Source: Gnetum montanum (taxonomy: Eukaryota; Plantae; Gnetophyta). From it: a stretch of 64,000 nt of DNA. Both the position numbers and the translations under genes were made by a program. Numbering within the stretch: position 1 is the first letter of the stretch; every line of letters begins with the position of its first letter. Positions 36,038-48,729 of this stretch are shown one piece after another. The stretch covers positions 1 to 64,000 of the forward strand of contig MNCI01001938.1 of assembly GCA_015680685.1 (NCBI GenBank), written 5' to 3'. Under the pieces are notes generated by a model. It did not search any database and had not been told where the DNA came from. It worked only from the letters and a program-made list of their open reading frames with translations.

Positions 36038-37403
36038 ACTAGTGTCACTACCCTCTCATCGCATAGTCAACTTCATTCCATTTTTTGGATCTCCTTCTCC
36101 CAACTTAGTCATGGGGAAGATCACCTTCCATGCTAACAAACATTACTAGCTCCTTAGTTGTTTTTGAAAGTTTTTGTTTACACCTTTTTATTTTACACCA
36201 TCATTGTACATTTGACCATTTTACTTACTTTTTATTTATTTATTTATATATGTACATACTTACTTAGATTTCAGTTGTTTTCTATTATTTTCACTAATAA
36301 GCTATATTATTGTTATGGAATACAATGGTTTAGTTGTTGCTCTTTACAGTGGTTTGCATATTATGGTTTGCCTATTATGTCTAGTTCCTACTGTAGCATT
36401 TGTTGTTCCAGGAAGCTAAGTTACACTTTCTTTTCATACAACTGGAAATGAGTCCACGTCATCCACCCATCCACACACTCTATGATTTTCCTTGTTTTGG
36501 AAACATGCAGTCCCTTTTCCATTAAAAACAATTTTAATTAATTTTTTTGTGACCTGTGTAGTTTTCGAACTTGAGGAAGATCCAATGGTTTGGACAAGGT
36601 GTGAATTCAAGAGGAATGCAACATTCTTCGTACTTTTCTATTCCCTTGTATGTGAGACTATCCTCATGGATTTCTTACCACTCCATATCCTCTCATCATA
36701 GGAAGTTAGATAGTAAGCTATCTTTGCATGGTGTGGTCCTCATCATTCAAAGAAAAAAAAAGAGAAAGAAGAAGATGAGGATTCATAGTAGACCCCTTGG
36801 ATAGAATAAATGCAATAATGCATGGATCTTTGCATGGTGTGGTTCCCATTAAAAAAACATGGGAATTGAAAGCACACCCCTTAGACCTACTCTCAAGGCC
36901 TACTCTGAAGGGCTACAAGCACTAGTTATGGGACTTACTCTATCCCCTCTAACTAAGGCCCTTTCTCACTTGTACCTCACTCATCTTGGGGATGGTGGTT
37001 GTTTTGTGAGAGCATTCTTGTGTCTCAAAGGGATGGACTAGCCTTCGAATGTTGATGTGAAGTCACTAAACATGGTTGGTTTTGGTCTGCATTAAGGATG
37101 GATCCTACCGAGTCACTTAATCACATGCTTTACAAGGGGTTTCATGTGACCACAATTCGGATTTCCATCTTGCACCCTCTTCTCTTCATTCATTGCTCTC
37201 CATTACTCACCTCACTACCAGTTGTATGTTTTGATCATCCATCTTGGTTTGCTGGCACTTGTAAATCCTTTAGTTGGTTCTCATGGATATGAATATTAAC
37301 TTCCAGTGGCCATTAATTAACTATGGGGCCCACAGACTCTTATGTTGACAATATACATGTGATGCTTAAACTCTACCTCGTATAATAGATATGAGCTAGC
37401 CAC

Positions 37404-39580
37404 TTATTTTTCTAACTTTGACCATGGCTGTCTAGTAGTTAGCATTGCTAGGTTTGCATATTGGAGATTAGCCAACTCTATATATTCTATTATTTCCTTG
37501 ATCTGCAACTCCTTTAAGTAGATTTTTGCTTTGTTGTAGGTGTTGATTCGATCAACAATGGTTTGCCACATTTTTCTTCCTTGTTGGAGTTCCTGAAGGG
37601 CTTCATTCAATTTTTCCTTCATCATTTGAATGTGTTTCTCATTAACTTCCTTTTGAAAGAGAACTTGGTCTTTGTAGTGATTCTTCTTTTTTTCAAATTT
37701 AAGGGCCTCATTCTTCCAGGTGGTGGTTTCGATGGTAGACTTCTAGAACAAGGTGCATACTTTTACCATTGATAAATCTCAATTTTCTATGGCCAATTTT
37801 CTTAGTTTAGTATTTACTCTAGCAAGCTACTCTTGTTGTTGATGAATAAATTCTTGCATTTGGTTCTAAGCATTAACATTTCATAGGTGATAATTCTGTG
37901 TGGTCAGAGTTTTATTCTCTTAGTGCATCTAGTTCAAGTCCTTTTGAATTAAATATGTTTTAGCTTCAACTATGAACTATTTCAAGATGGCCATAACTAA
38001 CTCCTCCTTAGCCTTTTGGAATTTTTCTTGAAGTTGTTTAAAAGCTTCATTTTTTGTTACTATTGGCTAAGGATTGTAGGACTTGCAAGTTGGGCACATA
38101 GTTTGGCAACCTCTATGGTCAAGCATTGATTTCATTCTTGAGTCATTTCAAGTTGCCCCTTTAGAATAAGGCATTTTCCCCTTGCATTTAGAAACTTTGG
38201 TTGGGTTGTAGTGATGTCCTTTGGAAGATCAAAGATGTCTAGAGTCAGTTGCCTGGTTTCCACTAGTTGTTCTAGCAACTTCTCATGATGGGCTACATTT
38301 AACTTTCTACTGACCATGCCTGTGGATGTCTGCATGTGTTTAAGTGTACATACATCTAGTATAGATGTTGTGAGTGCATTTAATTCTTTAACGACATGGT
38401 CAATAACCACTTCAGCTTTCCTACCTTTGGTACTGCATCACCAAGATAGTTGCGCCTTTGCCTTTCTCCAACTACACTGAGAAAGTGGTGGCATTCCTAG
38501 AGATTTTTGGTAATAGATAGTGTTGCAATAATGACATCATCACCTCCCAAGAATTGGGATATCATTTTTCAGGTAGCTGCATTTTTTGGACAGAAAAAAT
38601 TTGACCACACCTCTCCATCTAGCTAACTGTTCTAGCCATCTTATTAAAGTGACTCATCACTAGTTGATACACAATTGGATCTACCCCACTCATTCGTGCA
38701 TGGTGCTCTTGTTTACTTAAGAGATATTCTTGGATTTTGTGTAGATGTTCAATGGTTGCATAAGCTTCCAGTGTTTTTTCTTGAGTGGGTGATTATGAAA
38801 ACTGCTCCTTTTCTTGGGTCATTGCTAGTGTTTTATCTTTCATGATTTTTGACCATGAGGCCAAAGGAGCATGCCTAATGGTATCATTGGAGTGGAAAAT
38901 GATGCCTACTATTTTGTAAAGTTTTCAAATGAGGCATGGAAAGTACATGGTCTTATTTCTATGTTCATTTTCCTTGAAGAACTTCTCGATCTATATGTAG
39001 ATCAGTTATGGAAGGTTGATGAGAAATTTTCTACTTAGAGAAGTACATGCTTAGGTACAGAAGGTGATTCCCTTGCTTGGCCTCACTATCAAATTGAGGT
39101 GATAGGCTGTGATTTTGAAATAAATTCGCTTCACCAGTGTGAGTGCACCATACTCCTTAAGGCCAACCTTGTAGCATCACTAGGCCCACTCCCTCTTAGC
39201 CTTAGGATTTCCTTTCATTAATAGTTCTGCTAGTTGTGTTCCAGTATTAGGAAACCCAAGTGCCTATGTAACAGCTTTTATCAAGTAGGACACTTGAATG
39301 TCCTTGATTTTGACAATAGACCTTAGCCTTTAGCTACTCTAGAAGAGATATGTCTTTTCCATGTACCATTCCCCACTATATGTGATTATTGGCCACATGG
39401 GAGAAGATTGCGATTGAGTCTTGACATATTTTGGAGATTTTTCTAGAAATGGCCCAAAGTTGATCTCTTGAGGAACTAATTGGTGAATTTCTTGAAACCT
39501 AATGATGTCTAGGTAGGCTTGAGCCAAATTGACCTCAAGCCTTGGTGGAGATCTTACCTCTAGTAAGTGTAGGGTCAAAA
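37404..39580 (-). pseudogene. Degenerate Athila-type accessory ('env-like') ORF with C-terminal coiled coil
   Basis: Colinear ORF fragments 39339-39578, 38132-38410 and 37404-37625 (MMKEKLNEALQELQQG..), downstream of a TATATATA at ~39704-39711. Confidence 0.5.
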
Positions 39581-39814
39581 ACGTGGTGATTTGGACAAAC
39601 GATTGGGACGTTATTAGCTTTGGAAGGTTTTGGGATTTGAAAAATTGTAAAAATTCCCCTTATGTTATGAGAAAATGACAAAAAATTCCTAAGTGATAGG
39701 TGGTATATATAGTGTGTATGCATTGCATTGATGAGGCCTCGTTGACATAGCTATTTACCACTATTGACTTTGGTTAAACTTTAAAAATACAAGGAATTTT
39801 TAGATGAAATTGGG

Positions 39815-40244
39815 ATTAAATGAAAGCTTAAAAGACTAAGAATAGTATAAAAACATGAGATGAGTTATGGTAGCATGGATGAATGATAGAGAAGGTGTAA
39901 TGGAGTTCCAAATTGAGGTCATAAGAAGTCCCTTGTAGAATTTGTGTTTAAAATGACTTGAGAGGATCGATACTTAGTCCAACCAAAATCATCCACTTCT
40001 AATGACTTTGCATCAGCACTCTAAGACTAATTAAATGAAAGCTTAAAAGACTAAGAATAGTACAAAATAATGAGATGAGTTATGGTAGCATGGATGAATG
40101 ATAGAGAAGGTGTAATGGAGTTCCAAATTGAGGTCATAAGAAGTCCCTTGTAGAATTTGTGTTTAAAATGACTTGAGAGGATCGATACTTAGTCCAACCA
40201 AAATCATCCACTTCTAATGACTTTGCATCAGTACTCTAAGACTA
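39815..40244. repeat. Local tandem duplication, 2 x ~215 bp
   Basis: Near-identical units starting ATTAAATGAAAGC at 39815 and 40030. Confidence 0.9.
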
Positions 40245-41138
40245 ATCAACCCACTTGAGACACAAGAGTGCTTTCACAAGACAACCACCATTCCACAAAG
40301 AGAAGAAAAGAGAAGTAGGAAGCAATAGATAGGACCTTATTTAGAGGGGACCTTCAGGCATATGTGCATGTCATTTGAATCCCATAACTAGTGCTTGTAG
40401 CTCATTTATTTGTCCAAGGGGTGTGCTTTGAATTTCCATTATTTTATTTTTTTCATTTATTATTATTATTTTTGAAATGCGAACCATACCATGCAAGGGC
40501 TTATTTGTGTTGAAGGGGTTTGCTTTGAATTTCCATTGTGTTTTTCTAATGGGAACCACACCATAAAATGACTTATTTAACTTCCTATTAGTGGTTGGTA
40601 TGGAATGGTAAGAAGTTTATGAAAAACATCCAAGCACTCAAGTAAGTAGAAGAGTATAAAAAGTATTAACTCCCCTTGAAGTCACACCCTTTACAAACCT
40701 TTGAATCCTTTCTAATTCTAGAACTACCAAGGTCACTAATTGATTAAAGGTTTCTTTAATGGAAGGGACTTCAAATTTCTAGAATAAGGAAAATCATAAA
40801 GTTCATTAAATGGGTGGATGACATTGAATCACTACCTATTCCATGAAAAATAAACCATGTCAAAGACATCAAACATTAGAATTCAAAAATAGAAACTAGG
40901 CATCGACAATCACAACATTAAGCACAAACATCAATAGTAAACAACAATAGCGGCACTATCTCTAATGATAATAAGGTAGTTTTATTAGCAATATAAGAAA
41001 ATATCACACTTGAATTAAAACAAAATAAAGTAAAATATATAAAATAGTGTAAAATAATCAAGAAAGGTTCAAAGGTACTAACAATGATGAAAAATTAGAA
41101 AAATCAAAAATTTGTAAAATAAATAATTTGTAAAAATA

Positions 41139-43058
41139 TGAAACACCACCAATTTTGGGCTTTTGTGTCTTCAATGGAAAATTTTTCTAAGTGTCAAAAC
41201 TTGGAAAAATTTTTTCAAGTGTGGTGCTATGCTCTCCAACATAGCCAGGATAGCACACATCAAGACCTATTTTGCAAAAATTTCTGAGTGTCAACAATAG
41301 TCACATGAAAATTTTTCTAAGTGTCTTGCTATGCTTTCAGTCTGCCTGCTATACTTCCCAACATAGCCAGTGTAGCACACACTTCAGTGGCTAGTTTGCC
41401 CAAGTGTCAAGCTAGAAGTGATCAAGGGTTTCTTGGGATGGATGAAATAGTTTGGAAAATTTTCTATCTCTTGGGTTGCCATGCTTGCTACACTCTCCAG
41501 CATAGCTAGCATAGCACATGTTCCAATGGCAAGTTCATCCAAGTACTAGGCTAGAGGTTATTAGAATTGCTCACGATGGCAAAAATAATTTGGCAAATTT
41601 TCTATCTTTTAGGTTGCTATGCTCTGCTATGTTCCATAGCATAGAAAGTGTAGCATAGGTTCCAGTACCTAGTTTTTCTTAAGTGTTGGACAAGTATTTT
41701 TCAAGCTAGCTCGACGTGGAAGACACATTTGGCATTTTCTAACTTCTGAAACTACCTCTCCTAATACACCACAAAGCATAGCTAGTATACCATGAAGGAA
41801 GATTGCAAATTTTGTCAAAATTTATGTAAGTGTCCTTGCTATGCTATATTACACTCCCAAGTGTAGTCAACATAACCAGTGTGAAACATCAAATTTTGCA
41901 AAATTTCACTAAGTGTTGTGTTACACTCTAGAGCATAGCCAGCTTGACACTAAAGAAAAGCCTTTGACAACCTCCAAAAGCATCAAGAACTCAACATCAA
42001 CCTTCATCCCAACTCTAATGTCCCTTTGGCAACCAAGATCAGCAATTTTCATTTCCTTTCACCCCCATTGGTCCCCAAAATTATCCCTACGCTTGACCCT
42101 ACTTGAAAGAGGGGAAGATGTAGTCTTAGAGGATAGCCTCCAAGTTGTACTATTTTTCACTATTTGCAGGTATATTGTGATCTCTCAAACTCTAGCACAT
42201 GTATTCTAGGTAGTGTAGTCATAGTTCAGTAGTCTCTAGGGACTCATTGATGCTCTTTAGAGTGTAACACTTTGCTACTCTCATGAGAGCATAACATGTT
42301 AGTGTAACCCCATCTACGCTCATGCTACATGGCACTCGATTCACATTTGATGCTATATATAGCCCTATAAATACATTGATGTTTAGCAATCTAGGGGTGG
42401 GAAAATAAATAGAGCACTGGGCATTTTAACTTTTTGAGCATCCCTAGAATTCTTGCACCTAAGCATCTAATCTCCACACCTTGGTGCCTCCTGAAATGTA
42501 GCCCACAATTGTATTACACCTACAAGAACATAGAAATAGCCAACCTAGTAGGTTTAGTCTCCACTGTAGCCATTAGCTCCACATCCTAGGCATCCCAGAG
42601 ACTATGACTATGCTACTATGCTATCACTGTACCTACCTTATGCCACATACCATTCTCACCTCTTGTGTAGCAATAGTTACACTCCCCATTTTTGGGGTGG
42701 TGCATTTTTCATTCCTAAGCTTTGTTTCATTTTTTTTCAAAATATTTTTCTTTGATATTAAGCATAATTATTGCACTTTTATATTGTTTTATACATATTT
42801 ACATGCTCATGTTGCTATTTTTAGGCCGAGACACCCTACTATGCTCTAGCTTAGTTCGTCTCAATGGTTGTGTGTAACATAGTATAAACCCATCTAACAT
42901 ATGGTCATTTTATCACTATGTAAGTCCCTATTTAATTAACAATACCATTCATGACACCTCATTTTCATTTCCTAGCATGACCCTCACATAGATTTGAGGT
43001 TAGGTTGTACGCCTGCTGACCTCTCGGTGTTCTAGCCACCGATTTTTTAGATGTCATA
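41139..43058 (+). repeat. 5' LTR of copy C (~1.92 kb); PBS at 43064-43080
   Basis: Starts TGAAACACCACC, TATAAATA at 42366, colinear with 54893-56820, followed by TGGCACTAGAAAGAGGG. Confidence 0.85.
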
Positions 43059-43531
43059 GTTTTTGGCACTAGAAAGAGGGCCTTCCATTCCTTTTGTGTT
43101 CAAGGGTAGTCCCACATGCTTTCTGAACCTCTATTACTAGTTTCAGGCTAGCATAGATGTAACACCTTGGTGGACCTACCATGGCAGTAGCTAGATCATA
43201 GGCTAGTGCAAGAGTTATCTATGTTTCAGTTGGTATAGATTGGTCCAGTTGTCGGTTCCCCTCAAACTTTGTAGGATGAAAAGCCCAACTACACCTATCA
43301 TGTCAAGTTTTGAGTGCTTTGGAGAGTGTAATAACCCCTTAGAGCATAAAAATCCCTCAAAGCATAACAAGCGTAATGCCAAAGTTAGTTACTTTTTCAC
43401 AACATTTCTAGAGTTGGTCATTTTTTGGCCTGTTTTCACAGTTTGCATACTTAGCTATTTTTTCCAACATTTTATGCACTTAAGAATTTTATATTAGTGC
43501 TTTCTTTTATTACATTTCCCTACAAAAAAAC

Positions 43532-46500
43532 ATGAATCTTGCGAATGCTTCAACCTTTACCCTGAGCATGGAAGTAGCTCGTCCCATTCAACAAGTGGTA
43601 GACATTGAGTCACTGCTCAGTCCTATATGACCACAAATAAGTGATCTGATATTGGATCCATGATATTGGATATGCGATATCTAATACAGGATATTGGATA
43701 CATGATATCGGTATTGGATCCTTGATATCAGACACACGATGTCAGAACCTCTCTTAGTAGCTATAAATAAGAGATATGGGCCCTTTGTCTAGGGTATTAG
43801 TTTTTTAGTCCCTTAGCTGAACTCTTGCAATTTTTTCCAAAGTTAGAATTATTTCTAAGTGCCCACAGTAGAAGTCATAGAGTGAACAGATCTTTATTTG
43901 AGCATTTTTAACTTGAGCACACCTTGTGATTGAAAATAAAGATGAACTTTATGATAAACCTTGCAATATTTAGAACAAATTAATTATTGCATTTCATGTT
44001 ATTTACTATTATTTGATGCTTTCAATAGTTAATTAATGTTATTTCATATAATTATTAATTGTCAATTACCAATGAATTAGCATACTCAGCACGATGACTT
44101 TCAACATACATGGAACACTTGATAACCCGGTAACGATTAGCGTATGGTAATCCTAGTAGTGTTACACTAGTTCAGGATGTGTCTGAAAAGTGGGAATGGA
44201 TCCTGGTGTTCAGATTTTATTTACATTAGAGTTACAAAATCAAGTAGTTAATTAAATCTTTTCATTGCACATACTTAGAAGACCAGGATAGAAAATATAA
44301 AAGAAAAACATAAAAATCATACACCTCAAGTTTACTTAACCACACAATTGTGCCTTACAAGTAAGCCTGGGAAGACAACGATTGTATAACTCATCCTTGT
44401 TCCATGTAGGCACATAAGCACTTAATCCTCAAAGTTCAACTAGATCACACATGAACATTCATATTCATATGGTTGGGTGTAGGGGTACCTCGTCGCTCAT
44501 CAACTGTGTAACCAATTGCTTGAACACAAGTCATTGTCCGATGAAAGATACAACTTACTTTTTTCAAAGCTTTAGGTAGGCCTGTCCTTAGACCACCAAG
44601 AAATAGAAGTAAAGCACAACTTTGAAATCATTTACTAAAATTGGATGGAGTTCCTTCCTACCCTTGACACATTCATCCCACCCACCAACACCTTTAGGTG
44701 GCTACTAGACCAACTCATTAAGGTAAGTGGTTCAAAAGAGTAAGATGTAGCATCAAACTATGATGAGCACATACAAGATGGAAAAGAGAAGTTTGACTCC
44801 CATTTAGATAGTGGTGTCTGATTTTATGCCTCTGTCCAATAGCCTGCCTCCACTTTTGTTCTACACTAGTCATAGTCATCTACCTTCTTTAAGGCAATGA
44901 CATCACTTCTACCACTGAAGACCATGCCTATGGTGGCTAGCCAACAAGTACTGCATGCACAACAAAGTGTAGCACCCTCTACCTCTTTCTCCTTGGTCAT
45001 TTCTTCCTAGTCTATGTAGCCTTCCTTGCTGGCATCTGTGATGCCAACTCAACCGTACATGGACGTGATGCCTATATCTCAACCACAAACAAGTTAGATG
45101 TCCTTCTTTCTAGGCATCTCAATAGCACCTCCAATAATAGCCCATACCACAATTATGTGGTGGGCTGTTACCTCTATGCCTATGGCATAGCTATCACACA
45201 TTCCCCAATACATGCAACAACAAACTCAACAAGTGTCCTATGTGGTGCCACAACCCATGGCAAGGATGTGGGCCACCCAGATAGCATCATAGGTAGTGCA
45301 ACTAGTGTAACCTATTGTGTCATTCTTGATTTTGGACCAAGTATTATAACTCATTCAAACACTCATAGAGGAAGTTAGGCAACTCAAATTTTTCAACTCA
45401 AAAATAGTCCATGTGATGGAATTTTACCAAGATGATCTTATTATTCCTATGGTCTCGCCCTAACTTTGGCCCCTAGGGTTCAACTTCCTTAATTCATAAA
45501 ATACAATGGTAAGGTAACCCCAATGCCCAACTTGTAACTTTTTGTTCTAAATGCATGCTTTTGCAACCATGACCCCACATGATCATTCATGTCTTCATCA
45601 TGTCCTTGACTAGCGATGCTCTTGATTGGTACTATGCACTCCCTAGAGCTTCCATATCAACTTTTGAGGAGTTGCTCAGCTAATTTGTAATTCACTTCAA
45701 GTAAAACTTGAAGCCCAAGGACACCCTAGACCAAATAATGAATATCAAACAAGGAGCACTAGAGGCAGTACAAAAATTCATGCAATGTTGGAGTGCTTCT
45801 CTCAATGAAATTCATGTGCTGATAGTAGAAACTCATCTTCTGGATGTCTTTAAAGGTGCAGTAAATGAATTTATCAAGTTAAAAATGTACTACTTAGTGT
45901 CAGACTCTCTGAGCCAAGATTTTGCTAAAATGAAGAGCATACAAGATGTAGTAGAAGCTAGTAAGGACCTAACCTATGTGGCCTATAAAAATGCACACAT
46001 GAAAAAGGACAAAGAAAATGGGAAGGTGACAACAACTGTTGCAACTATGGCCAATGAAGCCAAACCCAACAACACTACACCAATGGCCAAGGTGCCTAAA
46101 GCCCCAGCCAAAAACAATAAGGCATTAGGTTCTAGTAGTACATGAACCAACTAGCCTGCACCGTTGACAACCGCAAGGTAAGCTCCCTAAAGGCCAAACT
46201 TTGAGTGCAAGGTTTGCTTAAAGTATACCCCTTTGCCCATCAAGTTATCTAAGCTCTTATATCAATTACTTACTACTAGGTGCATCCAACATAAAAAAAT
46301 GTCTAAGGATGCATGAAAATTCCATGAGAGGTTTTGTGAGGTCCTTAAAAACCCCTATGCAGCTATTCCAAATAAGCCCTTGATCCTTAAAAGCTTTAGA
46401 TTTGATCGATTCTACAATTATCATCAGTTGCATGGCCATGACATAGACTACTACTTGGAATTAAAATATGACATTCAATGCATGATTAATCAAGTAAAAT

Positions 46501-48073
46501 TGGTCATTAACAAAAGCAATCCTATATGACTAGAAAATCACTTAATGAAAGTCTACAAGGACCCCCTCAATGCTAGTAGTATAGGTTATATCATTAATGC
46601 TATTAACATTGATGACAATGAAGAACTAGCACATGAACAATTTGTGGTTCATTTACTCTCTGGTAGCACTAGGGCATCAACATTGACTAGGCCATAGACA
46701 CATTTCATCATCAAAGTGCCACCTTAGGTGCCTACAACATCCTTTGTGGTTAAGGCCCCACAACACATTACAACAACAACAACCCATACACCCTTTTTCA
46801 TTAGGATGCTAAGACGTGTGGATCCCTTACTTGCCCAGGGTCTAGTGGTGGGAACTGCATTACATCCTACCCATATATGGTAATACCCTAGGATACTTGA
46901 TGAGCATCTTGTTGAAAAAATGATCAATGAAAACATGGGATTAGGTCCTCCTAATCCCACCACCTTGTTAGTCGTCCCCATGGCCTCATTATCTCAGACT
47001 ATCAATGCAAGCACGAATAATCAACAAACAAGCGCTAAGGCTTGGAAGCCCACTATGCAAGTAAAGGCTAAATATCCTCTTTCAGAGATTCATCTCTTCG
47101 GTTGCATGGAGGAGGTAAAAGTTTGTTAAAACAACCAATGCTGGGAAAGATTTATTGGACACACTAGCATAAGTTAAATAGGCCCTCGAATAAAAGAACA
47201 CAATGTTGAGCCTATATGATATGATAATGAACTCTTCTGCTCATCATGAGGCATTGGTTTTCATCTTAACATATATCCCTATTAGGGAAGATATTCTAGA
47301 AAATGAAGAGGCCATTCACACTATAACTCTTCACCCCACAACCCAAGAATCAAGGTCAACACCCTTGACATTTTGTAATGAGGTAGTCATGATTGATCTT
47401 GAAAAGGGTTAGGTGACCAACACACCCATGTTTATAACAATTCACATAGGCTAATATAAAATTCATAGGTCACACATTGACGATAAGGAAACAACCAATG
47501 TCATCCCATTCCCTATCATTAATAAGCTTGGCCTAGTTGATTAGATAAAGCCAAAGAAAAAAAATAATGTGCTTGAAATCCTTCAATGGAACATGTGTTG
47601 TTGTAAAAGGAATAGTCACAATAGCTTTCGTGGTAGGGGAGCAATCCCCACTAATGCTAAATTCATTGTAGTTGAAGAAATTCTTGGATTCAACTTAATT
47701 CTAGAGAGGTCTTATCTAACCTAGTTACAAGTCATTTCTTCACCTATTTACGAAGAGATCCACTTGCCTTATGAGGGTGGAGAGGTGGTTATCTATGGTG
47801 ATAATGTAGCTCCCCTGACCATCAACAACATTAACACAAAATAGGGGTTAGAAGTAGAGTTCTCTAAAGACATACCACCCATTTAAGGTGAAATTCAATG
47901 TTGTCTAGCTAATCCTAAATAGCCAAGTGAAGTGAGTGACCTTCCTAAGGGAGCTCTTTGGACAGAATTTCCCTTTTGTGCGACAGATGAAGGTCTAGGA
48001 AAATATCATCTTGTGCCTCCTAAGCCTTACAGCCTCCTAACCCACATCAAGTTAGAAAACACCTACATGACTA
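43532..48073 (+). pseudogene. gag: gag-protease of copy C (interrupted by a solo LTR)
   Basis: SLTSDALDWYYALPRASISTFEEL, FYNYHQLHGHDIDYYLELKYDIQ, SHIDDKETTNVI, GFNLILERS; ends HQVRKHLHD*. Confidence 0.85.
43642..44502 (+). repeat. Athila-type solo LTR inserted in the gag of copy C (left boundary approximate)
   Basis: Homologous to 28868-29763 including the end GGTTGGGTGTAGGGGTACCTC..CTCATCA; absent from the matching gag of copy E; GATATTGGA repeats at its 5' end. Confidence 0.75.
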
Positions 48074-48261
48074 AGGCATGCCCTTAGTTTTCTTACATGT
48101 TTCACTTACCCTTTGTTCTTCGCTTATATAGTTACAATTGCATTATTATTTACATACTGCATTAGTTATTTCATTTCTTTAGTTCATGCAATTTCATTTA
48201 TCCTTTTTCAAAATAAAAAAAATAGAATAGATATATACAAGGAGAAAAAAACAACTAGCCA

Positions 48262-48512
48262 AGAAAGACCTTAAACTATCGCATGGCCCACTAAGGCCTA
48301 AAATTGGCAACTTGCTCGCTTTTATACTATAGCTTGGAAAGGCCTTAAACTATCACATGGCCCAATAAGGCCTAAAATTGGCAACCAACTTCCTTCTCAC
48401 ACTATGGCTCAAAATGGCCTTAAACTAGTGATAGCCCAAATGGACTTAAACTAATGATGGCCTAAAATGGCCTTAAACTAGTGATGGCCCTTTTTCCATG
48501 GCCTTAAACTAG
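48262..48512. repeat. GGCCTTAAACTA repeat cluster downstream of C protease
   Basis: Reverse complement of the clusters at 4417 and 21883, as expected from element orientation. Confidence 0.88.
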
Positions 48513-48729
48513 CATGAAGCCCACAAGTGGCCTAATTACATCAGTCAAATCACAAGTTAAAATTATAACTTTACATAAAATACAATAAAATGACAAGCAA
48601 ATAATCATCACATTTCCATTAAATTATTAATAAGGTATATAGTTCATGTTTACATCCAAAACATAAAATCTCCAAAATTAAAAAATTGGTCAATAGTAGG
48701 GCTACATGTTGGGCATTTCAGCTTGTAGT

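Larger units (their letters stand above)
28868..37300 (+). mobile_element. Athila-like LTR retrotransposon (5' LTR, gag-pol, start of 3' region; 3' truncated)
   Basis: TGATGA..TCATCA LTR, decayed tRNA-Asp-type PBS, gag-PR-RT-RH-INT order with no aRH. Confidence 0.8.
37300..41138 (-). mobile_element. Second Athila-like fragment in opposite orientation (post-pol non-coding region plus accessory ORF)
   Basis: 40070-40860 is the diverged reverse complement of 36430-37220; interrupted at 41139 by copy C. Confidence 0.6.

Noticed and set aside
39815-40244. 215-bp tandem duplication as a functional array
   Set aside because: Only two units and absent from the inverted homologue; ordinary local duplication.
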